In this document: one piece after another, positions 30,501 to 41,426 of the stretch
Position numbering within the stretch: the first letter of the stretch is position 1
Layout of the letters: each line of letters opens with the position of its first letter
Source: Candidatus Blautia stercoripullorum
GTDB lineage: Bacteria; Bacillota; Clostridia; Lachnospirales; Lachnospiraceae
Direction: 5' to 3'
DNA: 64,000 nucleotides
Assembly: GCA_019120545.1 (NCBI GenBank)
Contig: DWUX01000197.1
Span: 16,767 to 80,766, forward strand
The notes under the pieces: generated by a model
Told to the model about the DNA's origin: nothing
Seen by the model: the letters and a program-made list of their open reading frames with translations, nothing else
The model's database searches: none
Position numbers and translations under genes: made by a program

Positions 30501-31625
30501 ATGAAAACAGAAAAAATCATGAAGAAGTTTTCTGCCGGTATCCTGCTTGCGCTATTTATAATAGCAGGGATACCGGCTGTTCCGGTGCAGGCGGCTGCTG
30601 GCACGGTATATACCTGCGCCGTACACCCCAGCTACCGCCATCCGGTAACGGGAGAGATCGAGGATTCAGGGGGTGAAGCCTCTTATGCCACAGGCCAGGG
30701 CATGGTTGACGGGGCTGTATATCCTACCGGCATCCTGGAACTGACAGACAGCGGAGAGTACTATCTGACTATCCGGATGAGCCTTATGGACTATACTGCC
30801 AATCACAGCTTCTGGGTACAGAACGTGGGAGATTCCGGCTGGTCCACGCCGGCTCTGGGAGTTACAGGAAGCGGTACAGACAATAACGGAGCCACCAGTG
30901 ATATCTGCATTCAGGTACCAAGTGAGAACTGCGTGATCCGGGCAGCGATGTATGTAGAGCCTATGGGGAGGGATGTGATCTTTTATATCTATCCCAGTGA
31001 TTTTGTGACGGGCAACAATACAGACATGAATGCCACTATTGTAACCGAGGCTTCCGGAAGCAGTACCGGATCCCAAAGCACCGGTGCTGCACAGGATTTG
31101 GGCACTTCCAGCCAGAATACGGATAATTCTGCTTCCGGAAACGGCACCTCTTCTTCAGGCAATGGCAATACAGTGACCCCTTCGGCTTCCAGCCTGCCTT
31201 CAGGAAATACCGGCGCCGGCAGTACATCAGGTGCAGACAGCGGCAGTACAGAGGGGGAGACTGGGAACAGTGAGAGCACGGATAATGAAAATACAGAAGA
31301 TGCCAGCGGAGCCACCGGTGTGCAGGTTCTGGAAAATACCATTGAGGATCCGGCGGATTCCGCCCAGGAAACAGAAACTCCTTCTACAGAGGATACAGAA
31401 CTGGACAGCGCTCAGGGCCTGAGTCTCTCCACAGCCCGGGAGGCCCAGGCAGAAGACCAGGTATCTGAGGCTTCCGGAAGCACTACAGCAGGCAGTCAGA
31501 TCCTGGTGTTGATCATATCCATTACCGTTTCCGGCCTTCTTCTTATAGGAGCTGCAGCTGCAGTGATCTATTATTTCCGGAGAAACTGGAGACGCTGGGG
31601 CGGAGGAGAAGATGATGATGAGTAG
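30501..31625 (+). CDS. shp: Shp-like surface heme-binding protein
   Basis: Signal peptide. YRHPVTGEIEDSGG, GQGMV and YVEPMGRDV closely match streptococcal Shp, including both Met heme ligands. S/G/T/N-rich linker, C-terminal TM and basic tail. Confidence 0.85.
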   Translation: MKTEKIMKKFSAGILLALFIIAGIPAVPVQAAAGTVYTCAVHPSYRHPVTGEIEDSGGEASYATGQGMVDGAVYPTGILELTDSGEYYLTIRMSLMDYTANHSFWVQNVGDSGWSTPALGVTGSGTDNNGATSDICIQVPSENCVIRAAMYVEPMGRDVIFYIYPSDFVTGNNTDMNATIVTEASGSSTGSQSTGAAQDLGTSSQNTDNSASGNGTSSSGNGNTVTPSASSLPSGNTGAGSTSGADSGSTEGETGNSESTDNENTEDASGATGVQVLENTIEDPADSAQETETPSTEDTELDSAQGLSLSTAREAQAEDQVSEASGSTTAGSQILVLIISITVSGLLLIGAAAAVIYYFRRNWRRWGGGEDDDE

Positions 31626-32643
31626 AAACCGATCAGTGAAAAGCAAAAGAAGATTTCTGTCCCTGGGGCTGGCTGCATGGACTCTCTGTGTTCTTCTGGG
31701 AGGCTGCGGCGTAATGAAGGGGCAGAAAGAGGATTCTTCTGCCAGTGTCCAGGAAGTGGACAGCGTAGAAACTCTTCTGGCTATTGATGATCCCGAGGAG
31801 AAGGCGGCTGTGGAAGCTGCAAAGGCTAAAGTGGCTGCTATGGAAGAAGAACCCAGGATCATTGCTACATCACCGGCTACGGCGGATATCTGTGACCGGC
31901 TGGATCTGGATCTGGCGGGAGTATGCAGCAGTACCACCTCTTCTTTACCGGAGCGGTATGAGGACCTGACCCAGGTGGGAACAGCCATGAGCCCTGATAT
32001 GGAGATCATTTCTTCTCTGGATCCGGACTGGATCCTAAGTCCTGTCACTCTCCAGTCTGATCTTCAGCCAAAGTATGAGGCCATTGACACAGACTGGGCT
32101 TTTCTGAATCTTCGCAGCGTACCGGGTATGTACCGTTCCATTCAGGAACTGGGGGAGATTTTCCAAAGAAAAGAGGAGGCTCAGGCTCTGGTTGATGAAT
32201 TCACAGAATTTTACAATGATTATAAAGATCAGAATGAAGGAAAAGAAGCTCCCAAGGTGATGATCCTTATGGGACTTCCCGGTTCTTATATCATTGCCAC
32301 AGAGAATTCTTATGTGGGCAGTCTGGTAGAACTGGCAGGAGGAGAAAACGTATATGCCGGTACAGATCAGGAATTTCTTACAGTAAATACTGAGGATATG
32401 AAGACAAAGGAACCGGATGTGATCCTCCGGGCGGCCCATGCTCTCCCTGACCAGGTAGTGGAAATGTTTAAAGAAGACTTTGAGACAAATGATATATGGC
32501 AGCATTTCCAGGCGGTAGAGGAAGGACGTGTGTATGACCTGACTTATGAATACTTTGGGATGAGCGCGAATTTCAATTATCCTCAGGCCCTGGAGGAACT
32601 TCAGCCTATGCTGTATCCGGAAAATCAGGAAGCAGTACAGTAA
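31612..32643 (+). CDS. isdE: Heme ABC transporter substrate-binding lipoprotein (HtsA/SiaA/IsdE)
   Basis: Lipobox LGGC. AMSPDME (Met ligand) and AAHALP (His ligand) as in IsdE/HtsA. Confidence 0.88.
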   Translation: MMMSRNRSVKSKRRFLSLGLAAWTLCVLLGGCGVMKGQKEDSSASVQEVDSVETLLAIDDPEEKAAVEAAKAKVAAMEEEPRIIATSPATADICDRLDLDLAGVCSSTTSSLPERYEDLTQVGTAMSPDMEIISSLDPDWILSPVTLQSDLQPKYEAIDTDWAFLNLRSVPGMYRSIQELGEIFQRKEEAQALVDEFTEFYNDYKDQNEGKEAPKVMILMGLPGSYIIATENSYVGSLVELAGGENVYAGTDQEFLTVNTEDMKTKEPDVILRAAHALPDQVVEMFKEDFETNDIWQHFQAVEEGRVYDLTYEYFGMSANFNYPQALEELQPMLYPENQEAVQ

Positions 32644-32655
32644 GGAGGGTATGTT

Positions 32656-33720
32656 TTGAAAGACAATAAAGAAATAAAGACAGCCGCCGGCAATATCCCT
32701 TCCGCAGAGGAACAGGATAAAAACAGAAGAAAGAGAAAGACCGCCCGGGCGGCTCTGTCTTTCGGGATCATGGTTCTGCTTTTGGTGATCCTGTTTTTTG
32801 CGGCGGTGAATATCGGAAGCCTGAAAGTGACTTTTCCCCAGCTTTTCAGAGGAATCTTCCTGGAACCTGACGAGACGGTATCTGCCATCTTTGATCTCAG
32901 ATTTCCCAGGATCATGATCTCTATGCTGGCAGGAGCGGCAGTGGCTGTCTCCGGTGTGCTTTTTCAGGCGGTACTGAAGAATCCTCTGGCAGACCCGGGG
33001 ATCATCGGTATTTCCAGCGGGGCCAGCTTTGCGGCAGTGATCATTACAGCAGCGGCGCCCGCCCTGTTTTTCTTCACGCCTCTTTTTGCCTTTCTGGGAG
33101 GAGTCTTGGCTTTTTTCCTGGTGTATACCCTTTCCTGGAAAGGAGGACTGAGTCCTCTTCGGATCATTCTGGTAGGCGTGGCTGTAAACTCTATGTTTAC
33201 CGGTCTGTCTTCAGCTATGAATTCTATGAGCGGCGGGAATATGTCGGGAGTGGCTTCCATTGTCAATGGAAACATTACTATGAAGACCTGGGAGGATGTA
33301 CAGACTCTGGTGCCTTATGTGATCATCGGCCTGATCCTGTCGCTGGTCTTTGCGGGAAAGTGTAATCTTCTGTCTCTGGAAGACAAGACTGCCAGGAGCC
33401 TGGGAGTCAATGTAAATACCATGCGGATCCTGATCTCTCTGGCGGCAGTGCTTCTGGCCAGTATTTCCACTGCGGTAGCTGGAGCAGTAAGCTTTCTGGG
33501 ACTGATCGTTCCCCATATCGGAAGGATCCTGGTGGGCAGCGATCACAAGGCTCTCCTTCCTTTTTCTATGCTTTTCGGGGCTTTTACCTTCCTTCTGGCA
33601 GATACTATCGGAAGAACTGCAGCTTACCCTTACGAGATTTCCGCTTCTGTCATTATGAGCGTTGTAGGCGGTCCTTTCTTTATCATTCTCTTAAGGAGGT
33701 CAAAGAAATATGCAAACTGA
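32656..33720 (+). CDS. Heme ABC transporter permease (FecCD family)
   Basis: LRFPR, QAVLKNPLADPGIIG, LGEDK-like EAA motif and FLGLIVPHIGR. Confidence 0.92.
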   Translation: MKDNKEIKTAAGNIPSAEEQDKNRRKRKTARAALSFGIMVLLLVILFFAAVNIGSLKVTFPQLFRGIFLEPDETVSAIFDLRFPRIMISMLAGAAVAVSGVLFQAVLKNPLADPGIIGISSGASFAAVIITAAAPALFFFTPLFAFLGGVLAFFLVYTLSWKGGLSPLRIILVGVAVNSMFTGLSSAMNSMSGGNMSGVASIVNGNITMKTWEDVQTLVPYVIIGLILSLVFAGKCNLLSLEDKTARSLGVNVNTMRILISLAAVLLASISTAVAGAVSFLGLIVPHIGRILVGSDHKALLPFSMLFGAFTFLLADTIGRTAAYPYEISASVIMSVVGGPFFIILLRRSKKYAN

Positions 33721-34507
33721 AAAAAGCCCGGCAAAAGAAAAACCGGCCATGGAGGTAAGAAATCTATCTTTTTCTTATGGAAAGAACAAAGTCCTTCGGG
33801 ATGTATCTTTTAAGATAAAGGGCGGAGATATCACGACTATCATGGGAGCTAACGGCTGTGGAAAATCCACTTTGTTTTCTCTTATGACCAAGAATCTTTA
33901 TCCCAGAAAAGGAAATATCTTTCTTTCCGGAAAAAATATCCAGAATCTGGGACTGAAAGATTTTGCAAAAAAAGTTTCCATTGTCCATCAGTATAATACT
34001 TCCAGCGATGACATTACAGTGGAACGCCTGGTTTCCTTTGGACGGACCCCTCATATGAAAATGATGCAGGCGAAAAGTCAGGAGGACGAAGAACGGATCC
34101 AATGGGCTATGGAAGTTACTAATGTAGAAAAATACCGGAACCGGGAGATCGCCAGGCTGTCAGGAGGACAGAGGCAGAGGGTGTGGATCGCCATGGCGCT
34201 TGCCCAGAATACCGGGATCCTTTTTCTGGATGAGCCTACCACTTATCTGGATATCCGGTATCAGATCGAGATCCTGGAGCTGATCCGGAGGTTAAATGAA
34301 GAGTATGGCATCACCATTATCATGGTGCTCCATGATATTAACCAGGCTATTCATTTTTCCCATCAGGTCATTGGCCTGAAGGACGGTGCCGTCTCTTTTC
34401 AGGGAGATCCTCAGGAGGTGATCGATCCTGACAGCATCCGGGATCTGTACGGGATCCATCTGGACGTAACAGAAATACAAGGAAAAAAATTTGTGCTTAC
34501 AGTATAG
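33710..34507 (+). CDS. Heme/iron ABC transporter ATP-binding protein
   Basis: [16 protein letters not shown] and LDEPTTYLD. Confidence 0.94.
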   Translation: MQTEKSPAKEKPAMEVRNLSFSYGKNKVLRDVSFKIKGGDITTIMGANGCGKSTLFSLMTKNLYPRKGNIFLSGKNIQNLGLKDFAKKVSIVHQYNTSSDDITVERLVSFGRTPHMKMMQAKSQEDEERIQWAMEVTNVEKYRNREIARLSGGQRQRVWIAMALAQNTGILFLDEPTTYLDIRYQIEILELIRRLNEEYGITIIMVLHDINQAIHFSHQVIGLKDGAVSFQGDPQEVIDPDSIRDLYGIHLDVTEIQGKKFVLTV

Positions 34508-34517
34508 GAGAAGAAAA

Positions 34518-34910
34518 ATGAGAAAAAATCCGTTGCGTATATTTTGGATCGTCCTGGGCTTTCTCTGCCTGGGGCTGGGAACTGTGGGAGTAGTCCTTCC
34601 CATCCTTCCTACAGTACCTTTTTACATGGCCACGGTGTTCTGCTTTGCAAAAAGCTCCAGAAAGCTTCATGACTGGTTCATTGGGACAAGTCTGTATAAG
34701 AAACATCTGGAGTCTTTTGTAGAAAAGAAGGCCATGACTATGAAAACAAAGCTGACCATTATAGGGACGGTTACTCTGGTAATGGCAGCAGGCTTCATTA
34801 TGATGAGCCGGGTCCCCATAGGGAGGATCTGTCTGGCAGCGGTATGGATATGCCATCTGCTGTATTTCTTCCTTCGGGTAAAAACAGTGAAAGAGGAAGC
34901 ATATGATTAA
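34518..34910 (+). CDS. YbaN/DUF454 family membrane protein
   Basis: [16 protein letters not shown]...[11 protein letters not shown]; ATG 34518. Confidence 0.88.
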   Translation: MRKNPLRIFWIVLGFLCLGLGTVGVVLPILPTVPFYMATVFCFAKSSRKLHDWFIGTSLYKKHLESFVEKKAMTMKTKLTIIGTVTLVMAAGFIMMSRVPIGRICLAAVWICHLLYFFLRVKTVKEEAYD

Positions 34911-36657
34911 GACTAGACTGGTGAGACTTCTGTCTCACGCAAAAAAATACATAGTATATAACATTCTCTGGCAGTGGGCAGCTCTTCTGGCGCAGATCCT
35001 GGCGGTGTTTTCCATTGCCGGCTTTCTGGGAACACTGGCAGACAACCGGGGGGATCTTGTTCAGACACTGGGAAGCCTGGCTGCCGGCAGGACGGTGCTG
35101 ATCCTGCTCCTGGCGGCGGCAATAAGGTTTCTCTGTGAAAGAATGGCAGCCAGAGCCTCCTACGGAGCCAGCGTAGACGTAAAAAGGATCCTGCGTAAAA
35201 AAATCTATGAAAAGCTCCTGAAACTGGGAGCCTCTTACAAGGAAAAGACTTCCACTTCAGAAGTGGTCCAGCTGAGTACCGAAGGTGTGGAACAGCTGGA
35301 AGTTTATTTCGGAAAATATCTTCCCCAGCTTTTCTACAGTCTGCTGGCGCCCCTGACACTTTTTGTGATCTTATCTTTTGTAGATCTGAAAGCCAGTCTG
35401 GTGCTGCTGCTCTGCGTGCCACTGATCCCTGTGTCTATTGTAGCGGTGCAGAAATTTGCAAAAAAACTTCTGAGCAGATACTGGGGGATCTATACAGGGC
35501 TGGGAGACAGTTTTCTGGAAAATCTCCAGGGACTGACTACTTTGAAAATTTACCAGGCGGACGAACAAAAAGCAGAGGAGATGGACCGGGAGGCCCAGGA
35601 ATTCAGGCGGATCACCATGAAGGTCCTGACCATGCAGCTGAATTCTACCAGTGTTATGGATATTGTGGCATATGGGGGCGCTGCTGTGGGAATGATAGTG
35701 GCGGTCAGTGAATTTCTGTCAGGAAGCCTGGATTTTTCCGGAACTCTGACCATTATCCTACTGGCCTCTGAATTTTTCATTCCCCTGCGGCTTCTGGGAT
35801 CTTTTTTCCATATTGCAATGAACGGTATGACGGCCAGCGATAAGATCTTCCGGCTTCTGGATCTGGAGGAGCCAAAAGACGGAGAAGAGCCTATGCCCCG
35901 GGAGAACTTCGACATAGAACTTTGGAAAGTAGGATTTTCCTATGAAAAAGACAGGGAGATCCTTAAAGACCTCTATCTTGCCATACCTCAGGGCTCCTTT
36001 GTGTCTCTTGTGGGAGAGTCCGGCTGCGGGAAAAGCACCATTGCCGGTCTGCTCACCGGGAAGCTTGGAAATTATCAGGGCGAGATCCTTATAGGAGGCA
36101 AGGGCCTTTCCAGGATCAGTGAAAAGGAACTGATGGAGCATGTGACCCTTGTCCGGCACAACAGCTATATCTTTAAAGGAACAGTGGAAGAGAACCTGAG
36201 GATGGCAAAGTCCCAGGCTTCAGAAGAAGAAATGAGAAAGGTTCTTTCCAGAGTAAATCTGCTGGGATTTCTGGATACCCAGGAAGGGTTGAAGACCAGG
36301 CTTTCGGAACAGGGAGCCAATCTTTCCGGAGGACAGCGTCAGAGACTGGCTCTGGCCAGAGCCCTTCTCCATGATACTCCTGTATATATTTTTGACGAAG
36401 CTACCTCTAATATCGACGCGGAAAGCGAAGACCTGATCATGGAAGTGATCCGGGAGCTTGCAAGGACCAGGACTGTCCTTCTTATCTCCCACAGACTGTC
36501 TAATGTAGTGGCCTCTGACAGGATCTACCTTCTGGATCAGGGAAAGATCCTGGAACAGGGAACTCATCAGGAGCTGATGGAGCAGCAGGGAGTTTACCGG
36601 AAACTCTATGAAACTCAGAAAAATCTGGAGATGTATGGAAGGGAGGCCGGAGTATGA
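34903..36657 (+). CDS. ABC exporter-type ATP-binding/permease (CydD/SiaD-like)
   Basis: 6-TM domain with [31 protein letters not shown] and DEATS. Confidence 0.88.
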   Translation: MIKTRLVRLLSHAKKYIVYNILWQWAALLAQILAVFSIAGFLGTLADNRGDLVQTLGSLAAGRTVLILLLAAAIRFLCERMAARASYGASVDVKRILRKKIYEKLLKLGASYKEKTSTSEVVQLSTEGVEQLEVYFGKYLPQLFYSLLAPLTLFVILSFVDLKASLVLLLCVPLIPVSIVAVQKFAKKLLSRYWGIYTGLGDSFLENLQGLTTLKIYQADEQKAEEMDREAQEFRRITMKVLTMQLNSTSVMDIVAYGGAAVGMIVAVSEFLSGSLDFSGTLTIILLASEFFIPLRLLGSFFHIAMNGMTASDKIFRLLDLEEPKDGEEPMPRENFDIELWKVGFSYEKDREILKDLYLAIPQGSFVSLVGESGCGKSTIAGLLTGKLGNYQGEILIGGKGLSRISEKELMEHVTLVRHNSYIFKGTVEENLRMAKSQASEEEMRKVLSRVNLLGFLDTQEGLKTRLSEQGANLSGGQRQRLALARALLHDTPVYIFDEATSNIDAESEDLIMEVIRELARTRTVLLISHRLSNVVASDRIYLLDQGKILEQGTHQELMEQQGVYRKLYETQKNLEMYGREAGV

Positions 36658-38345
36658 CGGGAGAAAGAAAAGAAAGAAGGAGCGGGATACAGATCATGGC
36701 CAGGCTTATAGGCCTTGTACGGCCTCTGCTCCACATTATGACCGGGGCTGTCATTTTAGGAGTCCTGGGATACCTCTGTGCTATTTTTCTGACCATCCTG
36801 GCCGGACAGGGGATCCTGAAAGGCCTGGGTGAAAATACTTTTTCAGAGCATTTTACAGCGGGAAATCTGTTCCTGCTTATGGGAATCCTGGCGGTGCTTC
36901 GGGGGCTTCTCCATTATGCGGAGCAGTACTGCAACCACTTTATTGCCTTTAAGCTTCTGGCCATCATCCGCCATAAAGTATTTGCCGCTCTTAGAAAGCT
37001 TTGTCCGGCAAAGCTGGAGGGAAGAGACAAAGGAAATCTTATTTCCATTATCACCACAGATATTGAACTGCTGGAAGTCTTTTATGCCCATACCATTTCT
37101 CCCATTGTCATTGCCTTTCTGACTTCTCTGGTCATGGTAATGTTTATAGGAAGCTATCATGTTCTTGCCGGTCTGTTTGCCCTGGCCGGCTATGTGGTAG
37201 TGGGAGCTGTGATCCCTTTGTGGAACGGCAAAAGAGGGGGAAGCAGAGGTATGGAATTCCGCACCGGTTTTGGAGAACTGAACAGCTTTGTGCTGGATTC
37301 TCTCAGGGGTCTGGACGAGACCATTCAGTATGGACAGGGGGAGAAAAGGATGGAGGAGATGGAGAAACGGTCGGTCAGCCTGGGAAATCTCCAAAAAAAT
37401 CTCAGCCTTTTAGAAGGCTCTCAGAGATCCTTTACCACTCTGGCGATCCTGGCCTTTTCCTTTGGTATGTTGTTTTTCTGTCTTTATCTGGGACAACAGG
37501 GGAAACTGGATTTTTCAGGGATCCTTACCTGCACCATTGCCATGATGGGGTCTTTCGGTCCGGTAACAGCCCTGTCCAGTCTGTCCAATAATCTGAATCA
37601 GACCCTGGCCAGCGGAGAGCGGGTGCTTTCTATTCTGGAAGAAAAGCCTCTGGTGGAAGAGATACCGATCCAGGCTGGGACTCCGGATCCGGTCTTTACA
37701 GGGGCCCGGGCAGAGCATGTGACCTTTGCCTATGAGGAGGAAGTGATCTTAAAAGATTATTCCCTGGAAATGCCGAAAGGAAAGATCATCGGGATCCATG
37801 GGGCCAGCGGTTCCGGAAAGTCTACTTTTTTAAAGCTTCTCATGCGGTTCTGGGATGTGGACCGGGGAGCTGTGAAGATCTCCGGTAAAGATGTGCGGCA
37901 GACTGCCACGGCACAGCTGCGGGATACGGAATCCTATGTGACCCAGGAGACCCAGCTGTTCCATGATTCTATTGCCAATAATATTGCCATAGGAAAACCG
38001 GGAGCCAGCCGGGAAGAGATCATAGAGGCGGCAAAAAAAGCCTCTCTCCATGATTTTGTCATGACCCTTCCGAAAGGCTACGATACGGAAGTGGGTGAAC
38101 TGGGAGATACTCTTTCGGGAGGAGAAAAGCAGAGGATCGGAGTGGCTAGAGCCTTTCTCCATGACGCTCCCTTCCTCCTTCTGGATGAACCTACCAGCAA
38201 TCTGGATTCCCTCAATGAAGGTATTATCCTGAAATCTCTGAAGGAGTCCTGCCGTCAGAAGACGGTAGTGCTGGTCTCTCACAGAAGATCTACGATGAAT
38301 CTGGCGGATAAAGTCTATACCATGGACAATGGAAGAATCTCATAA
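36654..38345 (+). CDS. ABC exporter-type ATP-binding/permease (CydC/SiaE-like)
   Basis: HYAEQYCNHFIAF and DIELLEVFYAHT. GASGSGKS, LSGGEKQR and DEPTS. Confidence 0.88.
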   Translation: MTGERKERRSGIQIMARLIGLVRPLLHIMTGAVILGVLGYLCAIFLTILAGQGILKGLGENTFSEHFTAGNLFLLMGILAVLRGLLHYAEQYCNHFIAFKLLAIIRHKVFAALRKLCPAKLEGRDKGNLISIITTDIELLEVFYAHTISPIVIAFLTSLVMVMFIGSYHVLAGLFALAGYVVVGAVIPLWNGKRGGSRGMEFRTGFGELNSFVLDSLRGLDETIQYGQGEKRMEEMEKRSVSLGNLQKNLSLLEGSQRSFTTLAILAFSFGMLFFCLYLGQQGKLDFSGILTCTIAMMGSFGPVTALSSLSNNLNQTLASGERVLSILEEKPLVEEIPIQAGTPDPVFTGARAEHVTFAYEEEVILKDYSLEMPKGKIIGIHGASGSGKSTFLKLLMRFWDVDRGAVKISGKDVRQTATAQLRDTESYVTQETQLFHDSIANNIAIGKPGASREEIIEAAKKASLHDFVMTLPKGYDTEVGELGDTLSGGEKQRIGVARAFLHDAPFLLLDEPTSNLDSLNEGIILKSLKESCRQKTVVLVSHRRSTMNLADKVYTMDNGRIS

Positions 38346-38364
38346 AAGGCAGGGGTGAGAAAGT

Positions 38365-38721
38365 ATGGAACTGGGACAGGTGCAGGAAGATTATTTGGAG
38401 GCTATTTACATTCTGAGGGAGAAAAACGGCAGGGTGAAATGTGTCCATATCGCAGAGTATATGGAGCGGTCAAAGCCTACCATCCTGACAGCAATGAAAG
38501 TTTTGGAAGAAAAAGGATACATTATAAATGACCGCCACAGCCTGCTTCTTACGGAAAAAGGCGAGAAGCTGGCAAAACGGGTACATGAACGACATCAGTA
38601 TTTTAAAAAGCTTCTCATGCTGGCCGGAGTAGAAGAAGAAACAGCAGACAAAGAGGCCTGTGTCATGGAACATGTATTAAGTGAGGACAGCTATGAAAAA
38701 CTGAAAAACTATCTGGCGTAA
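38365..38721 (+). CDS. DtxR/MntR family metal-dependent repressor (short form, no FeoA domain)
   Basis: QEDYLEAIY, IAEYMERSKPTI, HERH and ACVMEH; 118 aa. Confidence 0.9.
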   Translation: MELGQVQEDYLEAIYILREKNGRVKCVHIAEYMERSKPTILTAMKVLEEKGYIINDRHSLLLTEKGEKLAKRVHERHQYFKKLLMLAGVEEETADKEACVMEHVLSEDSYEKLKNYLA

Positions 38722-38903
38722 CAGCCGCAGGAGGTATGTTAGTGAGGCTTTTCCACAGTGCGGTCCGGGATGTTTAAGAAATATTAAAAAGAAATAAAAT
38801 TCTTGTATACAGAATTGAGAGCCTTCTTTTTTTGTGCTATGATAAGAATAATGTTTGGCTGAAAAAGCAGAAGTATGGAGAAAGAAAGGTGAAATACAGC
38901 AAC

Positions 38904-41360
38904 ATGAGAAAAAGACAGAAGCCGGAGCCAAAATCTTCCGAAAAAAACATAAAATTTCCGGTAGAACCTGTAAAAGCCGATTACCTTTACGGACTGACAA
39001 AGAAGCAGGTGCAGGAGCGGATGGCAGCAGGCTGGAGTAACGAAGAAGTCGGCAGTGTCAGTTTAAGTACCAAAGATATTGTCAAGAAAAATGTATTTAC
39101 CTATTTCAACCTGATATTCGCAGTCCTGGCAGTGCTGGTGTGCCTGTCAGGTTCCTTCCGGGATCTGACTTTCCTTCCGGTGATCCTGCTGAATACTGTG
39201 GTGGGGATCGTCCAGGAGATCCGGGCGAAAAATGTTCTGGAAAAGATGAATATGCTCAATGCTCCCAAGACCGACGTGGTACGGGAAGGAAAGATCCGTT
39301 CTATAGATTCTACCCATCTGGTCCGGGACGATATCGTCATATTTAATACGGGAAATCAGATCTGCGCGGACGCAGTGGTATGTTCTGGCGAAGTGCGGGT
39401 AAACGAGTCCCTTCTTACAGGAGAATCCGAGGAGATCGTAAAGAAAGAAGGAGATTCTCTTATGTCCGGAAGCTTTATTGTTTCCGGAAAATGTTATGCC
39501 CGTCTGGAAAAAGTGGGGGATGAATCTTATATTTCCAGACTGACCCTGAAGGCGAAAGCCATGAAGGATGAGGAACAGTCTGAGATGATCCGTTCCTTGG
39601 ATAAGCTGGTGAAAACTGTGGGTATTGCTCTGATACCTATAGGGATCATTCTTTTTATACAGAGCTTCTTTATCAGTCATGAGGGGTTCCAGGAAAGCAT
39701 TACCTCCATGGTGGCAGCGGTGATCGGTATGATCCCGGAAGGGCTTTATCTGCTGACAACAGTGGCTCTGGCCCTGAGCAGTGTCCGGCTGGCAATGAAT
39801 AAGGTTCTCCTCCATGATATGAAGAGTATCGAGACCCTTGCCAGAGTCAACGTTCTCTGTGTGGATAAGACCGGGACTATTACGGAAAATGCCATGACGG
39901 TTCAGGATATTGTTCTGCTGGACGAGGAGCAGGATATGGACAATGTAAAGGGGATCCTGTCAGATTTTGTCCAGGCCATGGGAGAGGATAACAGCACTAT
40001 GGCGGCAATGAAGCAGTATTTTACGGAATATAAAGGGGAAAAACCTTTAAAGATCATTTCCTTCTCTTCCGCTAATAAATACAGCGGCGCCGTGTTTGAG
40101 TCTGGAAATTTTGTCCTGGGGGCTCCGGAGTTTGTTCTTGGCAGCGCTTATGAGGCTTATCAGGATATCATAGAAGAATATTCTGCTAAAGGATACCGGG
40201 CTCTGATCTTCGGAACCTATGAGGAAGAGCTTAATGGAAAGAAACTTCAGGGACAGGTGGATCCCTGGGCCCTGATCCTGCTGATGAATCGGATCCGGGA
40301 GGAAGCACCGGCGACTTTTGAATACTTTAACCGCCAGGGCGTGGAGGTGAAGGTGATCTCCGGGGATAATCCCCTTACAGTATCAGAGACTGCCAGACAG
40401 GCAGGGATCGCCGGAGCCCAGCGGTATGTGGATGCCAGGACTTTGAAGACAAAAGAGGAGTTGGAGGAAGCTGCCGTAAATTATACAGTGTTCGGACGAG
40501 TGCTGCCGGAACAGAAGAGGCAGCTGGTACGGGCCCTTCAGAGGAAAGGCAAGACTGTTGCCATGACAGGAGACGGCGTCAATGATGTGCTGGCTTTAAA
40601 AGATGCAGACTGCAGCGTTGCCATGGCTTCAGGAAGCGAGGCTGCCATGCAGGCGGCTCAGGTGGTCCTTCTGGAATCAGATTTTTCCAAGATGCCGGAG
40701 GTAGTGGCAGAAGGAAGAAGAGTGGTAAATAATATCCAGCAGTCTGCCAGTCTGTTCCTGGTAAAGAATATTTTTTCCTTCCTGTTGTCACTGGTATCCA
40801 TTATCTTTGTATTTACCTACCCTCTGGGACCTTCCCAGATTTCTCTGATCAGTATGTTTACTATTGGCATACCGGGATTCTTCCTGTCCCTGCAGCCGAA
40901 TAAAAATGTGATCAAAGGTCATTTTCTTCAGAATGTGCTGCTGAAGGCCCTTCCGGCAGGCCTGACTGACGTACTGGTAGTGGCGGCTCTGGCGATCTTT
41001 TCCCAGACCTTCGGAGTCAGCGGGGCGGATCTGTCCACGGCGTCTACCATGCTGCTGGCGATCGTGGGATTTATGATACTGTTTAAGATCTGCAAGCCAA
41101 TGAACATGCTCCGGGGAGTGATCTGTGTGGGATGTATCATCGGATTCCTGGCAAGCTGTTTCCTGTTCCCGGGATTGTTCGGCATTTCTTCTATGTCAAC
41201 AAAATGCGTTATGCTCTTTGTAGTATTTTCTATTGCCACAGAGCCGATCTTGCGGTATCTCACAAAGTTTAACGAGTTTATCCAGAACATGTACGCAAAC
41301 AGAGAGATGTATAAGAAAAAATTTCTGTCTGTAAAAAATGCTTTGCAGAAGGAAGAGTAG
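38904..41360 (+). CDS. Cation-transporting P-type ATPase (HAD-IC, CtpE-like)
   Basis: ESLLTGES, IPEGL, DKTGT phosphorylation site and TGDGVND. Confidence 0.93.
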   Translation: MRKRQKPEPKSSEKNIKFPVEPVKADYLYGLTKKQVQERMAAGWSNEEVGSVSLSTKDIVKKNVFTYFNLIFAVLAVLVCLSGSFRDLTFLPVILLNTVVGIVQEIRAKNVLEKMNMLNAPKTDVVREGKIRSIDSTHLVRDDIVIFNTGNQICADAVVCSGEVRVNESLLTGESEEIVKKEGDSLMSGSFIVSGKCYARLEKVGDESYISRLTLKAKAMKDEEQSEMIRSLDKLVKTVGIALIPIGIILFIQSFFISHEGFQESITSMVAAVIGMIPEGLYLLTTVALALSSVRLAMNKVLLHDMKSIETLARVNVLCVDKTGTITENAMTVQDIVLLDEEQDMDNVKGILSDFVQAMGEDNSTMAAMKQYFTEYKGEKPLKIISFSSANKYSGAVFESGNFVLGAPEFVLGSAYEAYQDIIEEYSAKGYRALIFGTYEEELNGKKLQGQVDPWALILLMNRIREEAPATFEYFNRQGVEVKVISGDNPLTVSETARQAGIAGAQRYVDARTLKTKEELEEAAVNYTVFGRVLPEQKRQLVRALQRKGKTVAMTGDGVNDVLALKDADCSVAMASGSEAAMQAAQVVLLESDFSKMPEVVAEGRRVVNNIQQSASLFLVKNIFSFLLSLVSIIFVFTYPLGPSQISLISMFTIGIPGFFLSLQPNKNVIKGHFLQNVLLKALPAGLTDVLVVAALAIFSQTFGVSGADLSTASTMLLAIVGFMILFKICKPMNMLRGVICVGCIIGFLASCFLFPGLFGISSMSTKCVMLFVVFSIATEPILRYLTKFNEFIQNMYANREMYKKKFLSVKNALQKEE

Positions 41361-41426
41361 AAAAATTTATACAATATGACAATATATATTGAAAAAACAG
41401 GGATTTTATTATAACATATATATATA

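Noticed and set aside
31030-31480. Low-complexity S/G/T/N-rich stretch as a tandem repeat array
   Set aside because: It is compositionally biased linker coding sequence without exact periodic repeats.
31227-32048. 273-aa minus-strand ORF and other 60-220-aa overlapping ORFs throughout
   Set aside because: They lie opposite or out of frame within well-supported genes and show no family motifs.
38722-38903. Possible yybP-ykoY (Mn) riboswitch upstream of the P-type ATPase
   Set aside because: The GGGGAGUA and associated conserved loops are absent.
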